Origin: Ostrea edulis
Taxonomy: Eukaryota
Assembly: GCF_947568905.1 (NCBI RefSeq)
Contig: NC_079170.1
Location: 44,020,001 to 44,084,000 of the forward strand
Direction of reading: 5' to 3'
Length of the DNA: 64,000 nt
Under the pieces are notes generated by a model that had not been told where the DNA came from, searched no databases, and saw only the letters and a list, made by a program, of their open reading frames with translations. Of this stretch, positions 37,420 through 49,585 are shown in pieces. Both the position numbers and the translations under genes were made by a program. Numbering within the stretch: position 1 is the first letter of the stretch; the number at the start of each line of letters is the position of its first letter.

Positions 37420-38330
37420 TTTACATAAAGTACCATGCTTAAAAAATGACTAAGTTCAACTTCACCATGCACATGTAAATTTTTCAAAGAATGCCTGATC
37501 ACTTCCGAAAAGACACATGCACATTTACAATGCTTCCATAACAGCTGTTCAAGGTCTGAAGAATGTCAAATAAATGCTGTAAGAGGAGTTGATTACAAAA
37601 AATAGGTACCAACTATTCAGGAAATGCTTTAAAAAAATGACAAAGTTCAACTAAATGTAATTTTTTGAAAAAAGTCTGATCACTTTCAAAAAGACACATG
37701 CACATCTTCAATGTGTCCATAACTACTGTACAAAGTTTGAGGAATATCAATTTAGATGTGCACGAGTTGATCACACAAAATAGGTACCATCTATTCACGA
37801 AATGCATAAAAAATAACAAGTTCAACTACACGTAATTAAAAAAAAAAAAAAGTCTAATCATTTTCAAAAAGACACATGCACATCTTCAATGTGTTCATAA
37901 CAACTGTACAAAGTTTAAGGAATGTCAAGTTAGAGGTGCATGAGGATTTGATTACACAAAATAGTTACCATCTATTCAAGAAATGCTTTAAAATGACTTA
38001 AGTTCAACTACATGTACATTTTTTTTTTAAATGTCTGATCACTTTCAAAAACACATATGCACATCTTCAATGTATTCATAACAACTGTACACAGTTTGAG
38101 GAATGTCAAATTAGAGGTATACGAGGAGTTGATTACACAAAATAGATACTGTCGATTAAAGAAATGCTTTAAAAATGAGGAAGTTTAACTACATGTAAAT
38201 TTTTCAAAAAATGTCTGATCACTTTCAAAACGGTACACGCACATCTTCGATGTATCCCTAACAACTGTACAAAGTTTGAGGAACATCAAGTGAGAGGTGT
38301 GAAAGGAGTTGATTACACAAAGTAGGTACT
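37420..38330. repeat. ~180-bp satellite, about 5 monomers, probably a Helitron/HINE-borne array nested in the 5.3-kb element
   Basis: GAGTTGATTACAC-type anchor at ~37586, 37764, 37945, 38126 and 38306. Confidence 0.88.
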
Positions 38331-40768
38331 ACTAAAGGGACGCTATTGTCGCTTGCCCACCAGTCATTCAGCATTTTATAAACTGTTTGCACATTGTGCA
38401 ACCCGACCAAAAATATAAAATATAATTATAACAAGATGTGAGAGAAAACTTAAAGAAACTGCAACAGCTTCTAATCCACAAATATTACATTGTGCAATGT
38501 TAAAAAGTTCTCGGTGAAGTCCTACCCTGGCCATGAGAGTACATTTTATTTGGAAACTGCTGCATAAAGAATTTCTTTCAAGATCGAAGAAAAAATATCA
38601 ACCCACTGTGGCACTTTTCTGGCTTAAGGTCAGGTTGTGATTTAAATAGATTTGTGAATTTTGGCCGTTTTAGATCAATCATGTCAAATGAAAGTTTTTA
38701 AAAAATAAAATCCTTATTAAACTAGCAAGTGCTATACAAATGATGCTATAAATGCTAGAATTGTATATACAATTAAGACAAAGGAGTTGACATGATCTTA
38801 AGGACATGTAATTAAAAAGGAGGTCTATCATTTGCATAACATGACTATGTGCATCAATAACAGGTTTCAGCAACATTTGCAGACAAGAATGAAATATATT
38901 CAAAATTCACACATGTGAACTATGCACTTTTCCTCAGAAAAATCTGGAGACAATCTACATGAATTTTAAAGTCAGTACTTCTGAGTACTGTGAAGGACTT
39001 TATATTCTGATAAATTAATACAGACTTGTGGGCCCTTGTTAGGGAGAACACTGTAAACATTTACACAAGTTTCTCCATCATAGATGAATGGGAGAATAAT
39101 ATGACTATCTCCATGCTGTCTGCGCCTTAGAATCAAAAACATGATTGAATTCTGGACCTTCTTCTAATCTTCCACTTGTTCAGTACTTGGTCATCACAAT
39201 CACATATTGTCCGCAACAACTCTACTGTCCCATCCATTTGTTGTGATAAACTGTAAATAGTTTTTCGGTTAAGACAGAGTGCCTTTACTCACAAATACAT
39301 GTAGCAGTGTCATCAGATTCACTTGGCAAGTGTGTATAAATTGAAATGTCATTCTTTTTTTTAAAACTAAATAACACTAAGTAACTTCATTAGTGATTTA
39401 TACACATTAATCCAGGCCTGCATGTTGGAACTCTCAGATATGGCAAGTTGAAGACAGCCTATCAACACACCATCACAACTTCTGTATCTTCACGACTATC
39501 ATGAAATATATTCTGAAAAAGATATAAAATTGTAAATAATTACGAGACACCATTGGCCATCCTATATACAAGTTTGCAAGGCGTCTAACATAGGAGGAAT
39601 CATTCAGGGGTGTGTACATGTAATTACCGTCGCCCGACACCTGGGGCCACCGATTTTCAAAGCCGAGAAATAATCAATGTTGCTTTATAGCCCATTGGGC
39701 TAATAAATGCAATATTTAATGTACAACTGTTAATATCATGCTGACCAGACTTTACGTACAAATTAACTTTATTGCCAAGACAAGATCTTCAATCCATTTT
39801 AATAACGTATATGCATTGATGGAGTGACAAAATTGAGATTCTGGAGGTCACATCCCTGATCATAATGCAGTTTAACTTTTCTAACTGGACATCTGGGTTC
39901 AAATCATAAGCATTTGAATAAAAAAAATAATCAACCATTCATTAAAAAACACCATTTACTGAATAAACTATTCAGTTTTGCAAATATAACCCGAGTAGAA
40001 AGTAAACAAAAAATAGCATAATTATTACGGAAATAGGCCTAATTATTTGTTTGTTTTTCGGCCTTTTCCCCTCTCTCCATTTTTTTTAAGTGCCTATATG
40101 GTCCTGTCCAAATGTATAAGAAAAAAAAATCCGCGATGGCTACGATAATGCAACTAGAAGGAGTATAATCTATTCTCATACAAAGGAAATTAAAAAAAAA
40201 AAATAAATTCCACATAATTTCAAAGAATTGAATGAAGAATGTAAATTTATAAACGTAAACACTGACTTAAGATTTGACGCAACAACATACAATGAGCGAT
40301 GGTCAGTTTCGTTTTGAACAATATATTACAGAGTTTATAACTATAAGATAGACAGTAAATCACTTACTCAATGATTGGAAGATTCTCCTCAGAATATCTG
40401 CATCAACTCCTGTTCTCGATTCATGTTCAAGATGTTTACCGGTATAACATCATGGCGTCTGTTGATATCAACTTTCGCGCTCAGCATATAATATTGAGTG
40501 AATCCCACACCCGACGCATTGAACCCGATCTCTATTTGCGATGCATAGAACCGTAAAGCTCCATGAAGACCTACTTTGGTATACAGCTTAGATTATTCTA
40601 ACTTAGTATCAATTAGCATTCCACACACCAGAATAACGTACCTGGATAAATTATACGATATAAAGGTGAATTTTTACCACTCTCATTTGATTAATTTCAA
40701 CTCACAAATCCAGTATCTGAATTGTAATCAGTGTTCAGATATACATGTAAATAAAGAAAAGAAAAGAA

Positions 40769-40771
<3 letters not shown>

Positions 40772-40831
<60 letters not shown>
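40772..40831. repeat. (TC)n microsatellite
   Basis: Direct reading. Confidence 0.95.
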
Positions 40832-40833
<2 letters not shown>

Positions 40834-40917
40834 ATTGATTTAGATATAGATATTTTTTCTTCACTTTTTTTTTAAATTAGATTAAAATTCAGATAACTGT
40901 GCACTTACTTATTTTAA

Positions 40918-41376
40918 AGGGGCATTAGCTGTGAAAGTGATGACAACCATTTTCTTTTTTTCAAAATCTCTCGATGATATTGAAATACATATTGATGACT
41001 AGTAAGAACATTTATTTTTTATTATGTACAAAAACAAGAGAATTAACCCTAATAAAACTACGTTAGATAACCGCTTTTAATGTAAAGAAATATATACGAA
41101 AGATGTATTCACTGCACCCAAATCAAATCATTTCTCAAATAAAAACAAAAACAGCATTTACATTTTGCTGACAGAATGCAAAGGTAACTAAAGAATAATT
41201 ATACTGTCTTGCAAGACAATAATATTCAATCACCAAAATCACATATTCATTTAGAGGTTAAAAGGTGTTTGAAATAATTAAATACAAGTGTAATTATTAC
41301 TTTAATATATATTAACTATTATAGGGCAACTTTCATTGAATTCAATATTTGGTGACAAAATGACCGCTAATTCCCA
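40918..41376. mobile_element. TTAA-flanked MITE nested in the 5.3-kb element
   Basis: TTAA|AGGGGCATTAGC ... GCTAATTCCCA|TTAA; the reverse complement of its right end matches 14960-15080. Confidence 0.65.
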
Positions 41377-42089
41377 TTAAGACAAGAAGATGGAAGGGGT
41401 ACGCAAGAAATGTTGCATATATGTTCTATTATAGAAAATGTTGTGATGGATATATTGAAATGGCTCTTTTATTCTAAATATTCAAGAAAAGTCGTGAACT
41501 TTGGTGCCCTTGCTGTTTCAGTTCTAAAATTTTAAGGAAAAAGTTGTGAACTTCCGGCACACGATTCTGAATACCAAAGAAAAAGTTGTGGTGCACTTCT
41601 GGCACACAGTTTTGATTCTGAATACTAAAGAAAAAGTTGTGGTGCACTTCTGGCACACAGTTTTGATTCTGAATACCAAAGAAAAAGTTGTGGTGCACTT
41701 CTGGCACACTGTTTCATTTAGGAAAAGTTGTGGCGCACTTCTGGCACACTGTGCCACTAGTGGCACACTGTGTGCTGCTAGTGGCACACTGTATGCCGCT
41801 AGCGGCATTAGCTGCACACTTCTGGCAAACAGCTCTGGCACACTGATTTGTTTGCCGCAAACTTGCGGCAAATTTGCAGCAAACTTTACATTTTGGTAAG
41901 GGTATCCAATGAAAGTCAAAACTCCTCACACAATCCAACCTAATTATAGACCACCAGCACATGTGCAAGTATTGCAACAAATGTCACCTAAGAAGTCATT
42001 GTTGGGTAAAGCTAAGTACTACTTCTCCTATAGCCTCTAGTCAAAACCTTAAGTATACACTCAACATTCAACCTATACAAACATTAAGT

Positions 42090-42580
42090 CAGGAATTGAT
42101 TGATTGTTTTTAATTGCTTAACGTCCTTCTCGAGAATTGTTCACTCATAGGAAGACGTCATCATTGCCGATGAAGGACTGAAAACTTTAGACCAATGTTC
42201 GGGGCTTACGACCTTGGGCAGGTAGGGATCTTTGTCGTGCCGCACCTCCTGTGACATGGGTTCTCGGTTTTAGTTGTATAATACGAAAGACCGCCCCATT
42301 AAATCACCACTTACGACAAACAAAGGGTACCGTATAGCGGGTTTATTCCGTGGGTCTAAAATTTGGCGATTTGCTGGCTGAAAGGTATGCTAATAATTTT
42401 AGCGGAATAAATTTTGGCAGACAGGGAAATTTTCGCGCTTTTAAATACTGAAGCCACAATTAAGTGTATATTTAACGATAGGAATTTTGGCGGAAAGCTA
42501 TTTAATCGCTAATAAAACCAAAATTATAACCCCGCAGAAAAGCCGTTATACGGTACTAAATCAGATCTCCACGGGAGGAA
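42090..42580 (-). mobile_element. SINE-like interspersed repeat split by a MITE
   Basis: (ATTG)n tail; short pieces of the same tail recur at ~44050-44090 and ~53390-53425. Confidence 0.5.
42330..42553. mobile_element. Tc1/mariner-type MITE
   Basis: TA|CCGTATAGCGG ... CCGTTATACGG|TA. Confidence 0.78.
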
Positions 42581-42629
42581 CAGCAATTGATCAACGTTAA
42601 TGAGTCCTTTAATTCTACCAATCAATATC

Positions 42630-42880
42630 TTGTTTGAACTCGAAACGGTTGACAGGGGATGGTTACTCCTCTTGGGCACCCGATCCCACATCCAGTGTGT
42701 CAAGGGGTCCGTGTTTGCATAGCTATCTATTTTGTGTTGCTCGTGGGAGTTGTCAGATTGATAAATGTTCGTCACCTTTCATAAAATACACCACAGAGTT
42801 CTCAACATCTGTTTCGTATTTAGATATTTCATTTCATACCCAGATCAGGAGTCATGTCCCTCGTCATGTTTAGAGATGGA
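42630..42880 (+). mobile_element. Penelope-like retroelement fragment (tail repeat plus RT piece)
   Basis: IKYTTEFSTSVSYLDIS RT remnant; tail GGCACCCGATCCCACATCCAGTG...GGGGTCCGTGTTTGC, also at 54790-54905 and inverted at 46850-46950. Confidence 0.6.
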
Positions 42881-43439
42881 GTTCACCAAACTGATATTGC
42901 CCACGTTTTTTTGAATGCCTTGCAAGGGGGTCTTTACACTATTTTTAGACAAAGCGCAGAACACTTTTCATAACGAACATTTAATTAAGATCAACTGATT
43001 ACTTAATTGGAAATTTGTCAAGATATTGGACTTTGCAGCATGCGGCGGATGCCTTCTTACATATTTCTCTACAGCAGGTACTTGTTGACGAATGGTCGAA
43101 GTTTGATATCTGAAGTTCGCCCTAAACTTATGCTGATTTTCAGTATCTTAGTATCAGGGGCCTATAATGAGTCTTCTGTCATTTGATCACTTTATATGAA
43201 CTTGCTACACCATCCACTTCTGAGAATATCGATGTTGATCATCGGCATTGTACGAGCAACCATTTGATTCAGACTCATCAAAATGCAAAAATCACAATGT
43301 CAAATATTTTTTCCACTTCATAGTGTATACACTCGCTTATTCTAACTATTGATATCATTGTTCAGTGAATCATTTGATTAATATGTAACGCCATGACAAA
43401 ACTGCCAAACAGGCTTAGCGATTTATGGTGTCAGCATCA

Positions 43440-44040
43440 TTGGATTGGTTTTTCTCTTTTTCTTTGTATTTGTTATCGTATTTCCATTTGGCTTCGTCCA
43501 TAACGCATTCGAGCGGAAATCCTGAAGGCTGCTTCATTTTGAAGAACATGTAAACATACTGAATACCCCCCCCCCCCCCTCATACGACTCGACGTCGTAT
43601 TTCTCGATAAATTGATAGATTCCACAAACTTTTTAAAATGTTGTACACCATTGACGTTGCTATTTGAATTTTGGAAGCACACCTGATGACCTGTGGTTGA
43701 TCTATGTTTTACAGACCATGCAAACACACTTTGAATCTTATTGTTCACTCATGTTTTACACACTTACAAGAAGTTAATTTTTTCAATTTGAATAAGAAAT
43801 CAATGGGTGATAAAATTGTGTCAAGGGATTGATTTGAACTGTGTTGTCCATGATGATGGTGGGATGATCGCCTGGGTAGGGAAATACTTTCTCGTCCATG
43901 GATAGAGACTGTTAAAGTCGTGATACTCTATGGTTTCGTCTTCTACGGCTTTGTATTGTAATTTGATGGCATTAGTTAAACCACTGGAAAAACTTTGATT
44001 TTTTTTCAAATGAGAAGTAAAGATGGTATGAATTTTCAAC
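43440..44040 (-). pseudogene. Polinton/Maverick DNA polymerase B fossil, motif A region, copy 1
   Basis: TNAIKLQYKAVEDETIEYHDFNSLYPW (DFNSLYP at 43899-43919); downstream frame QYVYMFFKMKQPSGFPLECVMDEAKWKYDNKYKEKE. Confidence 0.88.
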
Positions 44041-44347
44041 CAAATAAATATCAGTGAAAAAGCCTCTAGCGGGACGTTAAACAATAAAAATACAACCAAC
44101 CATCAACTCCAATTCATGAAATGACGAGCAAAAAGGAATAGGCTCCATCATAAGACAAAGAAAATAGTTTGGGCGAACTTGAAATAGTTATCATTGTAAT
44201 GAGGAATTCTAGACATGATCGCAGAATCAAATTAATTATCCAACTGATTGATAAATTTGTATCCCCTTGTAAATCATGACATATTGCTAAATGTATTTCA
44301 AAAGAAAGAAACAAAAGGGCGGAAATCTCACATGCCGAATACACCAG

Positions 44348-44555
44348 GGGCCCGTTTTACAAAACACCTTACGAAAAAAGTCGCAAATCTCGAAATGTAT
44401 TACATAGGTATTAGTTTAAATGAATGAATTAAAAGGTTCCTGTTACTGAATTTTCAGAGTTATTTTTTCACTACTTTACATTGGAGTAAATGATCTGACA
44501 ATAAACAAGAAAATTCTAGTATGTAAAGTCGTAAGTTCTTTTGTAAAACGAACCC
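44348..44555. mobile_element. MITE with ~27-bp TIRs
   Basis: GGGCCCGTTTTACAAAACACCTTACGA ... TCGTAAGTTCTTTTGTAAAACGAACCC; decayed duplicate at ~56638-56842. Confidence 0.75.
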
Positions 44556-44619
44556 ATGACTTGCGAGACCATGTACCTTGGCCCCCTAGATCAATGACTT
44601 GAAGCATTCATTATCAACA

Positions 44620-45800
44620 AGGAAAAGGTCCGTGATCAGTCAAGTGTATTAGACTCATACAAAACACCTGGTGTTGATGATATAAGTCCTTGGATTCTAA
44701 AAGCAGCACTCCCATTTCTTTACAAACCATCAAAACTAATCAACTCATCTTTTAAAACATAACCGTCTTCCACATATTTGAAAACAAAGCACGTATGAAC
44801 TGAATCTCCTTTTTTTGAAAATAAAGAGTCCCCTAATCATAACAAGCCATTATCATTGACATCAGGTGTCTATAGATATTCTAAAATATTTATTCAATTT
44901 TGTTGTTGATAACAATTTATTGTCTGAATTTCAATAAGAGTTTTAACCAATGGAGTCAACAGTTAATTAACATACGGAGTTTTATGACAAAATGATATCA
45001 AATCTTGACAAACACAATGATTTGTGACATATTCAGAGCATTTGATAGGATATGGCATAAAGGTCTGATACATAAACGTAAAATATATTGTATATTAGGC
45101 AATATATTAGACTGGATTGAAAATTATTTAACTTATGGACAACAAAGAGTTCATATTGAGGGATTCTCATCTACCTTTAAAACTATTGATGCAAGGGTCA
45201 GTTATATATAACAGAGCAACAAAATAGTCATGCAAACCTAGCACTCCAATTTCATTCTAATGGCACCTGGTGTAATCAAAATACACCTATACAAGGCAGA
45301 GACTCACTGATTGAATAATATTCTTTTATTTTTTAACCTGTTTTAGAATATGGTGTTATTGTATGGGACAGATGCACATAGGAATATACAGACTTATTGG
45401 AAAAACTTCAACAAGAAGCAGTCCGTATAACTACGTGTCAAAGGGTGAATTCTTCTCTAACAGCTTTGTATAATGAATTGAAATGAGAAGCATTATCTTC
45501 CAGATCTGCTAAATATTAACAATCTCAATATACAAAATCATAAATGGCTTGGTACTGAATGAGTGAAAGAAATGTTACATCCCTTTTCTCTAGTTCAGTA
45601 ATCTACATTTTTAAGGTAGTCCCTTCCATCTACTGTGCACAATAAAGCCATACTATGATAGCTTCATCCCATCGACAGTATAATATTATGAAGTTTACTC
45701 AGTGCAGATATAAAACATTTATCATCTTTCGCAATTCATAAATAAAACCTAAAACATTGCAATGTAAGAAAATGCCAAAAATATTTTAAGTAATGTAGTA
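44620..45800 (+). mobile_element. Decayed CR1/L2-type LINE reverse transcriptase, copy 1
   Basis: LDSYKTPGVDDISPWILK; CDIFRAFDRIWHKGL...NILDWIENYL..GQQRV; PVLEYGVIVWD...LEKLQQEAVRI. Confidence 0.82.
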
Positions 45801-46019
45801 GGATAACAAATAGCCACGGTAAGCTACATCACTTAACGAGCAGGAAGCTCTCATAGGACTAAGACGCACCCTAAGTATGTCTTTGGAGACGTCTTAATCT
45901 TAAATCAGTTTCTTGAAGCTTTCCTAAACCAAGGTCTTGCCATAAGTTCGTCCTAACTTTTGGACAGCCTTACCATTGTCCTAATATCACCATAAGTTTG
46001 TATAAACATGGATGTAGTC

Positions 46020-46990
46020 TATATGTTGATGCAAAGAGCTCATAGATATCATACCATGAAATAATGTTTATCTAATGTGTTTCATACCCATTGCCAGACC
46101 GTTTCTGCACACTGATTTTGACTGCGGATAACTTCGTTATAGTATAAGACATTGACAACTTGCTACAGTCCTTGAATTTCTCCAGTTGAAGAATTCTGGT
46201 TCCTCTTCCTACTCATGATAATACACCAATGAGCACATTGACAAATCAAATTCAGATTGGGTTAACTTGTGTTGGACAGTGGCATTGCGTTTCTAATTGG
46301 TTTTGCATTGTATTCATTGTAAAAAAGAATATTATATAATAGCATTTGAAACACACTTGCATGGGTTCAAGTATCAGAATATTCGTTCACTTTTTAAAAT
46401 TCATCCTAAGAAAAGTGAAAATGACGAGCCGTGATGAATCTCATAACTCCTATAAGCAGTACAAAATAGAGAGTTTGGCAAACACAAACCCCAGGATAAA
46501 CCAGAGGTGGGGTCAGATAGCTAGAAGGAGTAAGCATATTTGTCGACCGGTCACACCCACCGTGAGCCCTTTATCTTGATGAGGTAAACCGACTTATCTG
46601 TAGTCAAAATCAGTGTACCAAGAACGGCCTACATGTAACAATTGATATGAAACACGTCAGATAGCGTTTGGTCCATTGATAGGTTGCATTGACAAACTAG
46701 ATCGTTATGACGGCCATGAAATTTGCGAAATGCTGATTTTAAACGAGAGTGTTGAAACACTTGACTCTTTGTAATTAACCACTTGATGAAAGGTGAAGAT
46801 AATGAACAGTGATAAATCTGATAACTCCTACAAGCAAAACAAAATAGATAGTTGCGCAAACACGGACCCCTGGACACACCAGAGGTGGGATCAGGTGCAT
46901 AGGAAGAGTAAGCATCCCCTGTCGACCGGTCACACCCGCCGTGAACCCTATATCCTGTTCAGATACAACACGTAGAATACTCCACAGAAT
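46020..46990 (-). mobile_element. Penelope-like retroelement 3' fragments, copy 1
   Basis: LITKSQVFQHSRLKSAFRKFHGRHNDLVCQCNLS (C-terminus of mollusc Penelope-like RT) plus repeated tails. Confidence 0.7.
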
Positions 46991-47515
46991 GTCATACCGG
47001 TATTTTTTTTACAAGTTGAATGATACCAACTCAAAAGTTAGGGAATATGGATCAGAACCACCCACACCCCACTCTCTAAGATGAAAATACACTTTCAGTA
47101 GACATAATCTATCCATATTGCGTGAAGTTAGAAACCAAAATAAAGAAAAATAAAATGAAATTGAATAAAAAGGAAATCCCGCTAAGTTGATAGGCAACAA
47201 AACAAACAAAATATCAAACAAATACGTATAGATATTTTATTTACTGACATTAGAATTGAAGTTAGTTTATTTTCAAAATTGAATCCATCCACGAACCAAA
47301 CGTAAATTATTAGATTTTATTAATACAGAATGAAGGTATTGTTTCTATAATATCTATTAATTCGTAATATATTTATTTTTAGGAATGTGATTACACAAAG
47401 AAATCGATTAAAGTTGTCATTGCTAAAATATCTTCGAAAATCTAGCGGCGTATTGATACCTGGTGTCATTTATGTATATCATGAGAATCTCAAAATAGTG
47501 CAATAACATATATTT

Positions 47516-48149
47516 ATTATACCTCAGTATGAGAATTCTATGCAACGCGTAATCTGATTGGTCTAGACGGTCACATGCCAGGGATGACAAAACTTCATAT
47601 CTCCCTCTCAAACATCATATTTCCCTATAATATTTACCCCCTGGGCAGCCTCGTGTATTTTCCATAAATTTAACGTCAAGGTAGACGAAGGGTATTGTGA
47701 CGTCACAATAAGTCCGAGTCATTCTATTTTCATAGTTCGTAAGGCACAAAATATGCGGGTCTCTGATACACAGTTGAATGCATGGTTTTAGTTGATACAA
47801 AAACAAGCAAGTAAATCGGCATTCAAGGAGAATGGAAATACAAAAACTGGTTATCACTTCACTGTATTTCGTTGTTTGTACCTTCTACCGTAATACGTTG
47901 ATGGCACGGTGCTACCGTTAGAACGATCTCAGCTATATAGATGAGCGGACTCCAATTTCAAATGCACTTTTGAGTCTTGCTTTGTTTCGGTATAATAAAC
48001 AATTTATTGCATGAATGTTCGGGAGATATGAAGATTTATTCACCCAAGAAAAATCATATTCCCCTCAGGCGTTGCCCTCGGGGAATATGATTTTTCTTGG
48101 GTGAATAAATCTTCATATCTCCCTCACTATCATGCAATAAATGTATAAT
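47516..48149. mobile_element. Fold-back non-autonomous DNA element present in one duplication unit only
   Basis: Termini ATTATAC...GTATAAT; perfect 44-bp stem 48021-48064/48080-48123; absent at the homologous site near 59555. Confidence 0.75.
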
Positions 48150-49585
48150 GTAAAAGAGGAAACCCAAGAGTTGACAGAATTTCACGCCCCGATACTTGCT
48201 CATTCGTTATGTTGCCAATGGGAATATTTTTTGCGATTTCTCCTTTCTTATAAAGTGATAGTATATATTTTCAAGACAAGGATGTGTTCTTGATTGCATG
48301 GAAAATGAATGCTCGATATAGACAACGTTTAATTACACAATCATGTCATGAATGATCTGAAATTATAATTCCAAGAATTCATTTTCATTCTGAAAACTGC
48401 GTAATTTATTAATACAAGCTACTCAAAACAGTAGTTTAATTAGTAATTGTTGATCACACATGGGACCTAGATAATTAATTCATATGGTTATATATTGAAT
48501 AAATGCAGTACTCATACCCGATCAGGGATTTTCAAGGATTTACCCCGAGTTGTAGTTCATCAGTGTAATACATTTATATCACGTTTTTAAAACGATGAAC
48601 TAGTCTCATGTACATAAAACATCAAATTCAATGAATTTAGACAAGATGCGACAGATTAGCAGAAAGGAAATTCCAGCATTTGAGTGTTTGTCTGGAATTT
48701 GTTTCAAATGGAAAAATGTAGAATTGAAATAATGCATATTATACCTAATCAAAAGCAAATTCATCGACATAAACACAATAAGATTCAACATCGTGTTTAC
48801 ACAGTGGTGGTATAGGAGAAGTAAAATACATCCAATTCTGAAACTGTATGTGTATACAATCGAAACACGCTCTCGAAACCTGCAAAATGGTAAATAAACT
48901 GATCGTTTTCATTATAAATCATTGTTGTTTGAAATATCGAAATATTGGAAATATTGGAACTATACACCCTACTCTACAATGGTTCCTGGTTCTATTTTAA
49001 TTCTTTCGCCCCTCCTCTTATAGAAACGTTTTAAAAGGTTTGTTTAAAATTGCATGCAATTAATTCGGGAATCTAGAATGCACCTCACATCTTTTCAATT
49101 CAATATCTAGAAACTAGTCGAATGACAACTACTCGGGTCTTCTCAGCAAGCTCAGGGAAGGTGTTGTGACTGTATCACGTTCACCGCAAGCATATTATAT
49201 AGAACGTTTGTGCAAAATGGATACTTCCAGTCACATTGTAATAAGATTTTCTTAAACTGAAAATGGGGATATCTCATCGTTTCTAGCATACATTTATTGT
49301 AAAAAAAAAGGACCGTAAATATTTCCATAGTGGTAGTTTGATTTGATATAAAAATGGAAACTAACATAATTTATTCGAAGTTGTTTTCCGCTTGCCGGAA
49401 AGACCCAAGAATATGCGAGTGGGAACTTCTCTTGTCTGAAAGATGGAGTTGAGCTAATGGCCATCTTTTAACATCATTTTAGATATGTATTACTCCGGAG
49501 ATTTTTTCCTTGATTTTTCAGATTACATTTAGATGTGTCCCTTGGGGAGTGTTGGTTGCCATTAACTGTGGTGTGAGGTCAGTTC

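Larger units (their letters stand above)
36579..41902. mobile_element. 5.3-kb non-autonomous TIR DNA transposon with complex subterminal arrays (CMC/EnSpm-like architecture)
   Basis: TA|CCCTTACCAAAAT ... ATTTTGGTAAGGG|TA; arrays of TTGCCGCAA/TTGCGGCAA/CTGGCACAC at 36600-37060 (~107-bp period) and 41540-41890 (51-bp x3); no transposase ORF. Confidence 0.8.
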
